NCBI GenBank assembly: GCA_043732185.1
Contig: JAYTHY010000110.1
Location: 1 to 23,173 of the forward strand
Direction of reading: 5' to 3'
DNA length: 23,173 nucleotides
From: Fibrobacteria bacterium
GTDB lineage: Bacteria; Fibrobacterota; Fibrobacteria; UBA11236
Part shown: positions 9,002 through 17,043 of the stretch, piece by piece
How the letters are laid out: each line of letters opens with the position of its first letter
Numbering within the stretch: position 1 is the stretch's first letter
The notes under the pieces: generated by a model
What the model was told of the DNA's origin: nothing
Seen by the model: the letters and a program-made list of their open reading frames with translations, nothing else
Database searches by the model: none
Program-made: the position numbers and the translations under genes

Positions 9002-9035
9002 TTGAATGTCCAGTAACGTACTTATTTGAGGCCGA

Positions 9036-10388
9036 TCAAACTGGCCAATATCCGTTTTGGGCCGACTTCCGAATTGCCTCTAAAGCTTTGACCACTCCCA
9101 AGTCTTTAAGCGTACTTCCCACAGACGCGGTAAGCGGTGGCAAGGCTCCAACGGATGCAAAGAATTGGTTTTTTTTCTGTGTGTCTTGTCCAAAATCAGC
9201 GTCTGCCTGGGCGCCAAGATAGGCATAGTCGGCAAAGCGGGCCAGCACGGCATGTCCAACCAGAGTTTTTGCACCTTGAATAATGGCTTCCTTATGCGGA
9301 GCAAATTCCGGGCGAGAAAGATCGTCCACAAAGGGAAGTCCCAATTTGTTGCCTTCGGTGCCGATATTCAGTGGCGTGTGGAATTCCTTTGCGAGTGCGA
9401 TCACGCGCGCCAGGTTCTCCAGCTTAATGCGTTTTTCTTCCGGGTTTTTGACGTTCCAATTCCTATCGGGAATCAAATTCAAAACTCTAGCCCCCAAAGA
9501 CCGATTGCATTCAAACAATTCTCGAGCCCGGGCTTCACCGGCGCTGGTTCCATCCAGCCAAGAATCCATGGGGATAGCCCCGCAGGATTTTATCCACGCG
9601 TACACTCCGCCCACTTCCGGGAACGTTTCTGGACCGGGTTTTTCATATCCGAAGCCTCCGCGTTTGGCAAATTTCCCCCGGATTTTTTCCTCAAAGGCTG
9701 GACGATTTTCCAGGGCGATCAAAATTTCTTCCGCTGGCGTATTTAAAAGTTCAGACCAGAAATGGACCCGGTTCAGCAGAATGGGAAATACGGCGACCGA
9801 CTTGTCGAGATAGGCGGAGATGATATGTCTCTCAGTGGCATTGCCGGACGGCGTCAGTGGTAAGACATCCTTGGTGTAATCGAGGGCGATGGGGCCCACT
9901 TTGGCGTTGATTCTGGCAACCAATCCCAAATTGCGGCTTGTGGCGGTTTGCCGATAATGTTCGAGCGTTTTTGCGGCCTCGGAACCGGCGGCGGGACGAT
10001 TCACAAATCCGGTTCCGGCGATATAATGCACTCCGGGTTCACCGGGAGAGTCTATATCCACTTCGGAAAATTCGTTTAGAAAGGCGCGGATTTCAAAACC
10101 GGTGGTGGTTCGCAAGCCTAGTGTTAAACCGGCTTCCAAGAATTCTTCCACCCCATCCAGCACGTCAAAGTCAATGGAGCCGGCAGCATACAGGCCTGCC
10201 TTGGCCGCTTCCCAGGCATACCGGGTCGGGGACCAGCCCAGAGCATTGTAGGAGAAAAAAGTATGCGTATGCAAATTCAAATTTTCCACACCCTTCGCGG
10301 TCGGAATATTCAAAGCCTTTAGTTTGCCCAAGGTTTTTTTTCGCGTCGCGAGGTCGAAGCTGTTGAGTTCCAATTCGGCATTATGCAC
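9036..10388 (-). CDS. Divergent PHP-fold (polymerase/histidinol phosphatase-like) protein
   Basis: PHP-like motifs NLHTHTFFS, IDFD, GFE, ERH and GTE. The GTG start has GGAGG 8 nt upstream and overlaps the SDR stop. Confidence 0.7.
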   Translation of the reverse strand: MHNAELELNSFDLATRKKTLGKLKALNIPTAKGVENLNLHTHTFFSYNALGWSPTRYAWEAAKAGLYAAGSIDFDVLDGVEEFLEAGLTLGLRTTTGFEIRAFLNEFSEVDIDSPGEPGVHYIAGTGFVNRPAAGSEAAKTLEHYRQTATSRNLGLVARINAKVGPIALDYTKDVLPLTPSGNATERHIISAYLDKSVAVFPILLNRVHFWSELLNTPAEEILIALENRPAFEEKIRGKFAKRGGFGYEKPGPETFPEVGGVYAWIKSCGAIPMDSWLDGTSAGEARARELFECNRSLGARVLNLIPDRNWNVKNPEEKRIKLENLARVIALAKEFHTPLNIGTEGNKLGLPFVDDLSRPEFAPHKEAIIQGAKTLVGHAVLARFADYAYLGAQADADFGQDTQKKNQFFASVGALPPLTASVGSTLKDLGVVKALEAIRKSAQNGYWPV

Positions 10389-11214
10389 GCGTTTTTCCTC
10401 CCGAAATATTGATGACCGTACCGTGAACGTAGCTGGAGCGATCCGATGCGAGGTAGGTTACCAAATCGGCCACTTCCGCCAAGCGTCCCACTCTGCCTAA
10501 GGGAATGGAAACTTTTTCATAACCTGCGCGCAATTGATCCACAGTGATGCTTCGCGTATAGGCCAGAGCGTTTTCATATTTTTCCGAACGGAGTCCGGTG
10601 GCTTCCAAAATTCCTGGTGCCACGCCTACAATGCGCACGCCATGCTTTCCCAATTCCTTGGCCCATGAACGAGTGAGTCCATAAAGGGCGGCTTTGCTGG
10701 CAGAGTAGGCGCTTTGACCTTCAGACCCTTCCATGCCGGATTCCGAGGCCATGTTGATGATGACGCCCGGATGTTTGGATAAAACCATCCAACGCGCCAC
10801 GGCTTGAGCGCATAGAAAAACGCCCTTCTGATTGATGGAGGTCATGGTGTCCCAGATTTCTTCCGAAAGCTCTTCCTTGCCGGCGGGATCCACCAGCAGC
10901 CGAGGAATATTGACACCGGCGTTGTTTACCAAAGCATCGACTTTACCAAAACGCGCCACAGCCTCTGTAACCATGGCCGCAACATGGGCAGGATTGCGCA
11001 CGTCGGTTTTAATGAAAAAGGCTTCCCCTCCGGCAATGGATTTTAATTGGTTCAAGGCCGCGACGGATTCGTCACCGGCTTTTTGATCCATATCCGCCAC
11101 CACCACTTTGGCGCCATTGCGTACTAAGCTGTCACAGCAGGCTCGGCCAATGCCGATGGCTCCACCTGTAACCAGAACGACGCGGTTTTCTAATCCTAGC
11201 CAGCTGCCGTTCAT
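10381..11214 (-). CDS. SDR oxidoreductase, sorbitol-6-phosphate 2-dehydrogenase (SorD)-like
   Basis: TGGAIGIG, NNAG, YSASK, plus SorD-like NIPRLLVD, SESG.EGSEGQS, GVAPGILEATGLR, ALAYTR and GGKTR. Confidence 0.85.
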   Translation of the reverse strand: MNGSWLGLENRVVLVTGGAIGIGRACCDSLVRNGAKVVVADMDQKAGDESVAALNQLKSIAGGEAFFIKTDVRNPAHVAAMVTEAVARFGKVDALVNNAGVNIPRLLVDPAGKEELSEEIWDTMTSINQKGVFLCAQAVARWMVLSKHPGVIINMASESGMEGSEGQSAYSASKAALYGLTRSWAKELGKHGVRIVGVAPGILEATGLRSEKYENALAYTRSITVDQLRAGYEKVSIPLGRVGRLAEVADLVTYLASDRSSYVHGTVINISGGKTRA

Positions 11215-11957
11215 GCTTGGTTTCCGGAAACGGAAGGAGCGCCATTGGGATAGTACAGTTCGACTAGGGAGTTATTGACTCCGGGCGCGCCGAAGGAAGG
11301 CAAGCCGCGCTTCTTCATGATATTGTCCAAGTTGCGCAAGTCGGGTACAGTGATGTCCTTGATGGGACCCAGGCTGAGCGCGGCGGTCAAACTGAGAGAT
11401 GTCATTTCCAAAAGTTCTGTAGTCATCAAACACCATTCGATATCCCATGGGCTCATGATCACGAGGCCGTGGTTTTCCATCAAGAAGGCATTGTATTTCT
11501 TGAGGAATGGGAGGAAGTTGTCAGCCAATCGCTGTGTTAAAGGTTCGCCGTAGGGGACCACCGGTACCGGTCCTACTTCGGTGGTGGTTTCCGGATAGAT
11601 GGGGCGCATCAAATGGTTGGTGCCTTTGGTTATGGCAAATGCCCCGGTATAAGGGGGATGGCAGTGCATGACGGTTTTGATATCTGGCCGGTCGCGGAAG
11701 AAGTTCACATACATGGGCGTTTCACCTGTGGAATTTCGCGTGCCTTCCACTTTTTTTCCGCTGAGATCGATAAACACCAAATCTTCCAGCTGAATTTTCC
11801 CCTTATTCATCTGGGTAGGCGTGATGAGAACCAGATTGTCATCCAGTTTCCAGGCGGCATTTCCGCCATGCCCGGTCACGTACATAAGTTCGCTGATGCG
11901 ATGGCAGGCGGCCAAGAACTGAATGGCTTGTGGGCGGTATTTTTCAAGATAGGTCAT
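11211..11957 (-). CDS. Class II aldolase/adducin family protein (FucA/RhaD/AraD superfamily)
   Basis: GGN, ITPT, GE (catalytic Glu position), HCH and NHG metal ligands. SD GGAG and an ATGA overlap with the SDR gene. Confidence 0.9.
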   Translation of the reverse strand: MTYLEKYRPQAIQFLAACHRISELMYVTGHGGNAAWKLDDNLVLITPTQMNKGKIQLEDLVFIDLSGKKVEGTRNSTGETPMYVNFFRDRPDIKTVMHCHPPYTGAFAITKGTNHLMRPIYPETTTEVGPVPVVPYGEPLTQRLADNFLPFLKKYNAFLMENHGLVIMSPWDIEWCLMTTELLEMTSLSLTAALSLGPIKDITVPDLRNLDNIMKKRGLPSFGAPGVNNSLVELYYPNGAPSVSGNQA

Positions 11958-12032
11958 GGAATTCTCCGGTTTTTGTCTGGCCGATTCGGCGTGGACTGGG
12001 GTGGCTTATTGGATAGGTTGAACACTGACAAC

Positions 12033-12097
12033 AATGTAGGGCTGAATGATCGAAAAGAATAGTCCCAGTCTTGCTAAAAACATGTATAATTCTGCTA
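12033..12097 (-). promoter_or_regulatory. AraC-type tandem half-sites (araI1/araI2-like) and a -10 element for the leftward operon
   Basis: Minus strand reads TAGCAGAATTATACATG (12097-12081), a 4-nt spacer, TAGCAAGACTGGGACTA (12076-12060), then TACATT (12038-12033) 21 nt further on. This parallels the E. coli PBAD layout as recalled. Confidence 0.7.
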
Positions 12098-12098
12098 T

Positions 12099-12926
12099 AT
12101 GAAATCTCCCAAAAACCGCTTTGGAGGCACCCTCGTAGCGGGTTTAAGCCATTATTCTCCCCATGCCCATACGCCTACCTTTAGGCCCAATGGCCTCAAT
12201 GCCTGGGTGCTCAACTTGACTCTTGAAGGCCAGGGTCGCATCAACCAGGGACAGGAACTTTTCTTTGCTGAAGCAGGTGATGTTCTGCTCTTCCCTCCCA
12301 AGCTGCCGCATAATTATTCCTGGGAACCGAAAAAAAAACATTGGGTGCACCTGTGGATGTATTTCAGTCCCATGCCGCTGTGGGCTCCCTTGCTCAATTG
12401 GCCGCAAAGGGATGGGGGAGTGCTGGGGTTCAAAATTCACGATGCCGACACCTTAAAAAAGGTGCGCGGCGCGATGGAAAAATGCCTGGAAATGTACCAG
12501 TCCCCGCTCAAAAACCGATTGCAATTCTGCGGTAATTATTTAGAAGAAACCTTGCTCTGGTGCGACACTCAAAATCCCTTTTCCCAAGGGTCCGGCAGCG
12601 ACGAGCGCATCGGAGGGGTGGTTACATTTATGATGAAGCACTTTGCCGACTCCCTCAATGCGGACATTCTGGCTAGGCAATGCCATCTATCGCTTTCCCG
12701 GTTCGCCCATCTGTTTCAGGAAACAACGGGTATGTCACCGCTGCGTTACCTGGAATCCCTGCGCATCTGGAAGGCACAGGAGCTCCTCATCGGCACCTCT
12801 AAAACCATCAAGGAAATCAGCCATGAAATAGGTTTTCTGGACCCGCTTTACTTTTCCAAAGTATTCCGGAGAAATCTAAAAACCAGCCCTCGGCAGTTCA
12901 GAAAAAGCTCCAGACAGGAAGCCTGA
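12099..12926 (+). CDS. araC: AraC-family regulator closely resembling arabinose AraC, including the sugar-binding cupin
   Basis: F...LVAGL, RP.G...W.LNLT..GQG, GD.LLFPP...H.Y, W.H.W.YF.P...W..LLNWP, LS.SR.AHLF and GF.D.LYFSKVF all align to recalled E. coli AraC. The symbol reflects family likeness; the effector is unproven. Confidence 0.8.
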   Translation: MKSPKNRFGGTLVAGLSHYSPHAHTPTFRPNGLNAWVLNLTLEGQGRINQGQELFFAEAGDVLLFPPKLPHNYSWEPKKKHWVHLWMYFSPMPLWAPLLNWPQRDGGVLGFKIHDADTLKKVRGAMEKCLEMYQSPLKNRLQFCGNYLEETLLWCDTQNPFSQGSGSDERIGGVVTFMMKHFADSLNADILARQCHLSLSRFAHLFQETTGMSPLRYLESLRIWKAQELLIGTSKTIKEISHEIGFLDPLYFSKVFRRNLKTSPRQFRKSSRQEA

Positions 12927-12978
12927 GGTCTGCGATGGGAGTTCGGCCACACCATCATTTTGGAGTATATTTTAATTC

Positions 12979-13410
12979 ATGACAACTCAGAATTACGCCA
13001 ATCACTCCCGTTTCCCCCACAATCGCAATCGCTATTTTCCTCTTTTTCTCCTGGCGCTTTTCCTGGCTTCCATCGTCAATGTGTATGAGCCGCTATTATT
13101 GGCTGGAAAATTTTGGGCTTTGGTTCTCGTTAGTTTTAGCATGGCCCTGATAATGATGTGGTATTCGCTGCGATATATGGTTATCAAAGTGCAGGATAGG
13201 GCTATTCGAGCTGAGGAGTCTTTGCGGCATTATGTCCTCACTGGTAAAATCCTGCCGACGGGGCTGACCGTGGGTCAAATTGTGGCATTGCGGTTTGCTT
13301 CGGACGAAGAATTTCCTGCTCTAGCGCAACAGGCTGTGTTGGAAAAACTGTCCCGTCGAAAAATAAAACAAGCCATTGGAAATTGGCGACCAGACCTTTA
13401 TCGAGCTTAG
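12979..13410 (+). CDS. DUF6526-like two-TM membrane protein
   Basis: QNY.NH.R, two hydrophobic helices, QDRAIRAEE.LRH..LTG, QIVALRFASDEEFPAL, IK.AI.NWR.D.YR. Confidence 0.75.
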   Translation: MTTQNYANHSRFPHNRNRYFPLFLLALFLASIVNVYEPLLLAGKFWALVLVSFSMALIMMWYSLRYMVIKVQDRAIRAEESLRHYVLTGKILPTGLTVGQIVALRFASDEEFPALAQQAVLEKLSRRKIKQAIGNWRPDLYRA

Positions 13411-13412
13411 AC

Positions 13413-13482
13413 CGGGCCTTTTTCGGGCCTTTTTCGGGCCCTTATCGGGCTGAAATCGGAATTCGCGGGTCGAAATCGGAAT
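13413..13482. repeat. Intergenic 11-bp tandem repeats plus a 17-bp duplication
   Basis: CGGGCCTTTTT x2, CGGGCCCTTAT and CGGGCTGAAAT span 13413-13456. CGGGCTGAAATCGGAAT (13446-13462) matches CGGGTCGAAATCGGAAT (13466-13482) at 15/17. Confidence 0.8.
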
Positions 13483-13564
13483 CTGAGCACATTTTAAAAG
13501 AGGTTTCCAGTTTGTGTGCCTGAGCGCACAGTTGGGTCGTGTAGCTGGGTGTAGATTTCGGCAC

Positions 13565-14023
13565 ATGTTTACATCCACTGAAAAAAAATACCTGTTGATC
13601 ACTCTAGTTTTCCTGGCGTCTGGTTCGGCAATCAAAGCCTACCGTCATGCTCAGGTTAAAATCGGTCCAAGCCAAGACAGTGCTTTTGCGGCGTTGGACT
13701 CACTGCCTTCCCATCCGGTCGTTGATTCTCTGCCGGCAACCACGGAAATGCCGGCAACCAAGGAAAGTCCGGTATCCCCTCATTCAACCCGTCATTCTTC
13801 ACCGGTAGCCAATCATAAGCCTGCTTTCACGGGGAAATTGTCGCTGAATAAGGCTGGAGCTAAGGAACTGATGTCCATTCGGGGCATTGGAGAGAAAACG
13901 GCTCAATTAATTATCAAGTACCGCCAGGAACATGGCCCTTTCAAGGAATTGACTGAATTAGTGGGTGTGAAAGGAATTGGGGAGAAAAAGCTGGAAAAGA
14001 TAATCCCCTTTTTAATATTATAA
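13565..14023 (+). CDS. comEA: ComEA-family helix-hairpin-helix DNA-binding protein
   Basis: N-terminal anchor (FT.TEK + hydrophobic stretch), Pro/Ser linker, LN.A...EL..I.GIGEK.A..II.YR..HGPF, V.GIGEK. ATG start at 13565. Confidence 0.9.
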   Translation: MFTSTEKKYLLITLVFLASGSAIKAYRHAQVKIGPSQDSAFAALDSLPSHPVVDSLPATTEMPATKESPVSPHSTRHSSPVANHKPAFTGKLSLNKAGAKELMSIRGIGEKTAQLIIKYRQEHGPFKELTELVGVKGIGEKKLEKIIPFLIL

Positions 14024-14030
14024 TTAGAAC

Positions 14031-14969
14031 ATGTCCAAAAATCCTCAAAGTATCGTGGCTCTGGAATTGAGCCATGCCTTTCTCAAGTTGGTAGAGTTTG
14101 TCCCCGCAGAGAACCAGATAGCCATGGTTGCGATAAAACCTTTGGATGCAAGCCAGTGGGAGGATGACAACTACTTGGTCGAGCAAATAACCTCCAGCAT
14201 CAGCAAACATGTTTCCGACCCCAAATCCGATCTTGTTACCTCCATGTTCAGTGAGAACGCCATCATCAGGGTGGTAGCGGTTCCCAATATCGAAGACAAC
14301 ATCAATGATTTCATTCAATGGGAGATGGAACAATACCTCATTCAGCCCTTGAACGAATATCTCCTGGATTTTCAATCTTTGGGTTCGAATCAAGATGAAA
14401 CGGCGCGCACTTATCTCGTAGCTGCCTTCCGACGTAGCGAGGTCAACCGGTTCACCACCATTTTGGAGCGCTGTGGATGCAATCTTGCCGTTTTGGATTT
14501 GGACGTTTTCGCCGCTCAAAATGTCTACGAAATCAATTATCCGGAAAAACTGCCGCTTAAAACCTTTCTGATCAAAGCTGATTCACATGTCATAAAATGT
14601 GCCCGCACCCAGAATGGCCAGTTTCTGGATTTTCAGAGTACGGCGGTGGATGCTTCATTCATGAATTTGGCATCGGAACCTAAGACGGAAATGGTGCTCA
14701 GCTTGGTCAATCAGGTGCGAATGGCATTAGAGGCGGCCCAGGATACTTGGGGCGGAGTGGATCAAATCATGCTCTGTGGAGATCTTGCCCTTGATACCGA
14801 GTTCCGGGAAATGCTGGAGGCGAATATGCCTACTCAGGTTTTGCAGCTTGATGCTTTCAAGGAAATCAATTTTTCCTTGAGCCCGGAAAAGAGCGCTTTA
14901 TTCATGCCGTCTTCGCCTCAATGCGCTGGCGTAGTTGGCTTGGCCTTGCGCCATCGCGGAGACTGTTGA
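14031..14969 (+). CDS. pilM: Type IV pilus assembly protein PilM-like (actin/FtsA fold)
   Basis: VALELS...LKLVE, IQWEMEQYL..PLNE..LDFQ, LVAA.RR, LAVLDLDVFA..N, IMLCG..AL, VGLALR. It directly precedes an INLL-bearing gene. Confidence 0.85.
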   Translation: MSKNPQSIVALELSHAFLKLVEFVPAENQIAMVAIKPLDASQWEDDNYLVEQITSSISKHVSDPKSDLVTSMFSENAIIRVVAVPNIEDNINDFIQWEMEQYLIQPLNEYLLDFQSLGSNQDETARTYLVAAFRRSEVNRFTTILERCGCNLAVLDLDVFAAQNVYEINYPEKLPLKTFLIKADSHVIKCARTQNGQFLDFQSTAVDASFMNLASEPKTEMVLSLVNQVRMALEAAQDTWGGVDQIMLCGDLALDTEFREMLEANMPTQVLQLDAFKEINFSLSPEKSALFMPSSPQCAGVVGLALRHRGDC

Positions 14970-15908
14970 ATGATTCGGATTAATCTTCTGAAATCGCTGC
15001 AAGTGCAGGCGAATTCGATAAGCCTTCAGGATCCGGCGAATAAGCGGAAGAAGTTCATACTCGTCGGCGGTGGTATTCTAATCGTATTGCTTGGAGCCAT
15101 TGCCGTTTTGCAATATCCCTCCTTGCTCGGTGGTTTATGGACGAGTACGAAAACCGCAGCAGTGGCCCCGGTTGCCGAGGTTCCAAAACCCGTCACCCTG
15201 GATACCATGCAGCCCAAGTTGGTTACGGCCAATGCGGTGGAAGAAACCGTACGTGATGTCAGTGATGCCGAGGCCAGTGCGGCCGCTTCACCGACCTACG
15301 GCGACTTGGTGCCTTCCGAGAAGATCGAATTTCAATACTACGCCTGTTCCCGGATTCTCAAGGATATCAAGGCCGTTACACCCGCAGAAGTCGGCTATGC
15401 TAATTTTATTTTCACGCCGCCGGGTGATTTCTACGTGCATGGGCTGGCCAATGATGATGAAAATTATCAAAGGCTCAAGAAGGGACTTGGTGAAATGGTC
15501 AATACCACCGTGCGAGCAGGATTGGAAGTGCCCGCTGGGGTCAAAGGATTGGCCAAGGAATTTTCTTTTTATGGAACCATCAATTATCCTTTGACATCCC
15601 TTCCGACCCCGCCCGACCATGTGGTCACAAAAGTTAACCTTTTGCTTGAGTTGAAACATTTAAAGAGCGTGGCGGCCAATCTTGGCATACTTCTTCAAGA
15701 ACCGAAACTGCTCAGCACCGTTCCGGTTGGTGAGAACCAACGCATGATTTATGAGACCAAGGCGGATTGCACCTTCCAACAAATGCAGGATTTCCTGAGT
15801 GAACTGCACGAGGCAAAATCGAATCTCGGCTTTCTTAAATTTGCCTTACATGCCCGCGGCGATGAAAAGATTATCGCCGAAATGGATATCCTCGCGTACG
15901 TAAACTGA
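14970..15908 (+). CDS. PilN-like alignment protein with a probable C-terminal PilO-like domain
   Basis: MIRINLL PilM-binding motif, one TM, a linker, then two alpha/beta domains. The second carries F.Q...FL.EL reminiscent of PilO/GspM. Confidence 0.7.
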   Translation: MIRINLLKSLQVQANSISLQDPANKRKKFILVGGGILIVLLGAIAVLQYPSLLGGLWTSTKTAAVAPVAEVPKPVTLDTMQPKLVTANAVEETVRDVSDAEASAAASPTYGDLVPSEKIEFQYYACSRILKDIKAVTPAEVGYANFIFTPPGDFYVHGLANDDENYQRLKKGLGEMVNTTVRAGLEVPAGVKGLAKEFSFYGTINYPLTSLPTPPDHVVTKVNLLLELKHLKSVAANLGILLQEPKLLSTVPVGENQRMIYETKADCTFQQMQDFLSELHEAKSNLGFLKFALHARGDEKIIAEMDILAYVN

Positions 15909-15914
15909 AAGCCC

Positions 15915-16493
15915 ATGGGCATCATTATCACGGGCGGCGCATTCCGAGGACGGAAATTGGTGACCGACAGCAGCTCCCAAATCATACGACCCACTTCCGG
16001 TAAAGTGCGCGAAGCATTGTTCAGTTCCTTGGGCGAACGGCTGGACCAGGCTTCTTTTGTAGACCTCTATTCCGGAACCGGCGCTGTGGGTTTGGAGGCC
16101 ATCAGTCGCGGTGCCCGCGAAGTCTACTTGGTTGAAAACCATGCCCACTCCTGGAAAATCCTCAAATCCAATGTCGGTTCGGTGCTGGGAGAAAGCGAAG
16201 CGGGAACGCGGGTTCAAACAATGCATTTGAATGCAAAAATCTTTTGCGAACGCATGCGGTCTGAGGGGAAGCAATTTGATATCGTCTTTGCCGATCCACC
16301 CTTTGCGGACGATTTTTCTCTGCTGCAGGACCAGGTTTTGAGCATAGTGGCTCCAGATGGGGTGGGTATTATTCAGTTTCCGACGCGGAATCCCCCTGCC
16401 TGGCTAGAAGCCTCGGTTTCAGAAGGTACACTTAGGCTGAAGCGTTATGGGGAATCGGGTCTGGCCTTTCTGACTGGGCAAAGTATATTTTAA
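15915..16493 (+). CDS. rsmD: 16S rRNA m2G966 methyltransferase
   Basis: II.G.FRGRKL, RPT..KVREALF, DLYSGTGAVGLEA.SRGA, FADPPF, RYGES. Adjacent to coaD as is common. Confidence 0.95.
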   Translation: MGIIITGGAFRGRKLVTDSSSQIIRPTSGKVREALFSSLGERLDQASFVDLYSGTGAVGLEAISRGAREVYLVENHAHSWKILKSNVGSVLGESEAGTRVQTMHLNAKIFCERMRSEGKQFDIVFADPPFADDFSLLQDQVLSIVAPDGVGIIQFPTRNPPAWLEASVSEGTLRLKRYGESGLAFLTGQSIF

Positions 16494-16546
16494 ACAGAGA
16501 ATTGCTGAAATCTTTGGCAAATGGACTGATTGAGAAGGGTTGAAGC

Positions 16547-17041
16547 GTGGTCAAGGCAATTTATCCAGGAACATTCGACCCCATCACCAATGGGCACCTG
16601 GATATTCTTAGCCGGGCGGCGCAACTTTTTGAACGCGTCCATGTGGTGGTAGCCGTAAACGTGAATAAAAAGACGCTGTTCAATCTTGAGGAGCGCTTGG
16701 AAATGATCCAGGAGTGCACGGCCAAGTTGCCGAACGTGGATGTCTCTTCTTTTGAAGGATTGACGGTGCAATGCCTCCGGCGGTTTGGCGCGCAAGTGGT
16801 GATACGCGGATTGCGGGCCGTAAGCGATTTCGAATATGAATTTCAAATGGCGTTAATGAACAAGAAACTGGACGCCACTTGCGAAACCGTGTACCTGATG
16901 CCGAGTGAACAGTACACCTATTTAAACTCAAGCATCATTCGAGAATTAGCCCTACTGGGAGGTTCGGTTACCGAATTCGTACCTGCCCTGGTAGAATCCC
17001 GGCTGCATCAGAAACTCGGCGATCCAAAGTCAAAAAAGTAA
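16547..17041 (+). CDS. coaD: Pantetheine-phosphate adenylyltransferase
   Basis: YPGTFDPITNGHLD, RGLRAVSDFEYE.QMA..N, SS..RE. GTG start. Confidence 0.98.
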   Translation: MVKAIYPGTFDPITNGHLDILSRAAQLFERVHVVVAVNVNKKTLFNLEERLEMIQECTAKLPNVDVSSFEGLTVQCLRRFGAQVVIRGLRAVSDFEYEFQMALMNKKLDATCETVYLMPSEQYTYLNSSIIRELALLGGSVTEFVPALVESRLHQKLGDPKSKK

Positions 17042-17043
17042 CT

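Noticed and set aside
9165..10366. Long antisense ORFs (193, 176, 142 aa) and similar shadow ORFs such as 13941-14519 and 21006-21575
   Set aside because: They lie mostly or wholly opposite well-supported genes and show no recognisable motifs.
11211..11957. Assigning araD, fucA or rhaD to the class II aldolase
   Set aside because: Metal ligands are shared across the superfamily, and the cognate kinase and isomerase are not in the window.
12330..12338. A9 homopolymer in araC as a phase-variation switch
   Set aside because: It encodes KKK in frame, similar runs occur elsewhere, and one sequence gives no evidence of length variation.
13413..13482. Possible CRISPR array or intrinsic terminator
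   Set aside because: Units are 11 bp with no spacers and no cas genes. The repeats are direct, with no convincing stem before the T-runs.
13514..13564. Longer GTG start for comEA
   Set aside because: The extension looks non-conserved. The ATG at 13565 gives a typical short N-terminus before the membrane anchor.
13731..13766. 18-bp tandem duplication inside comEA (17/18 identical)
   Set aside because: In-frame expansion of a low-complexity linker (PATTEM/PATKES), which is ordinary.
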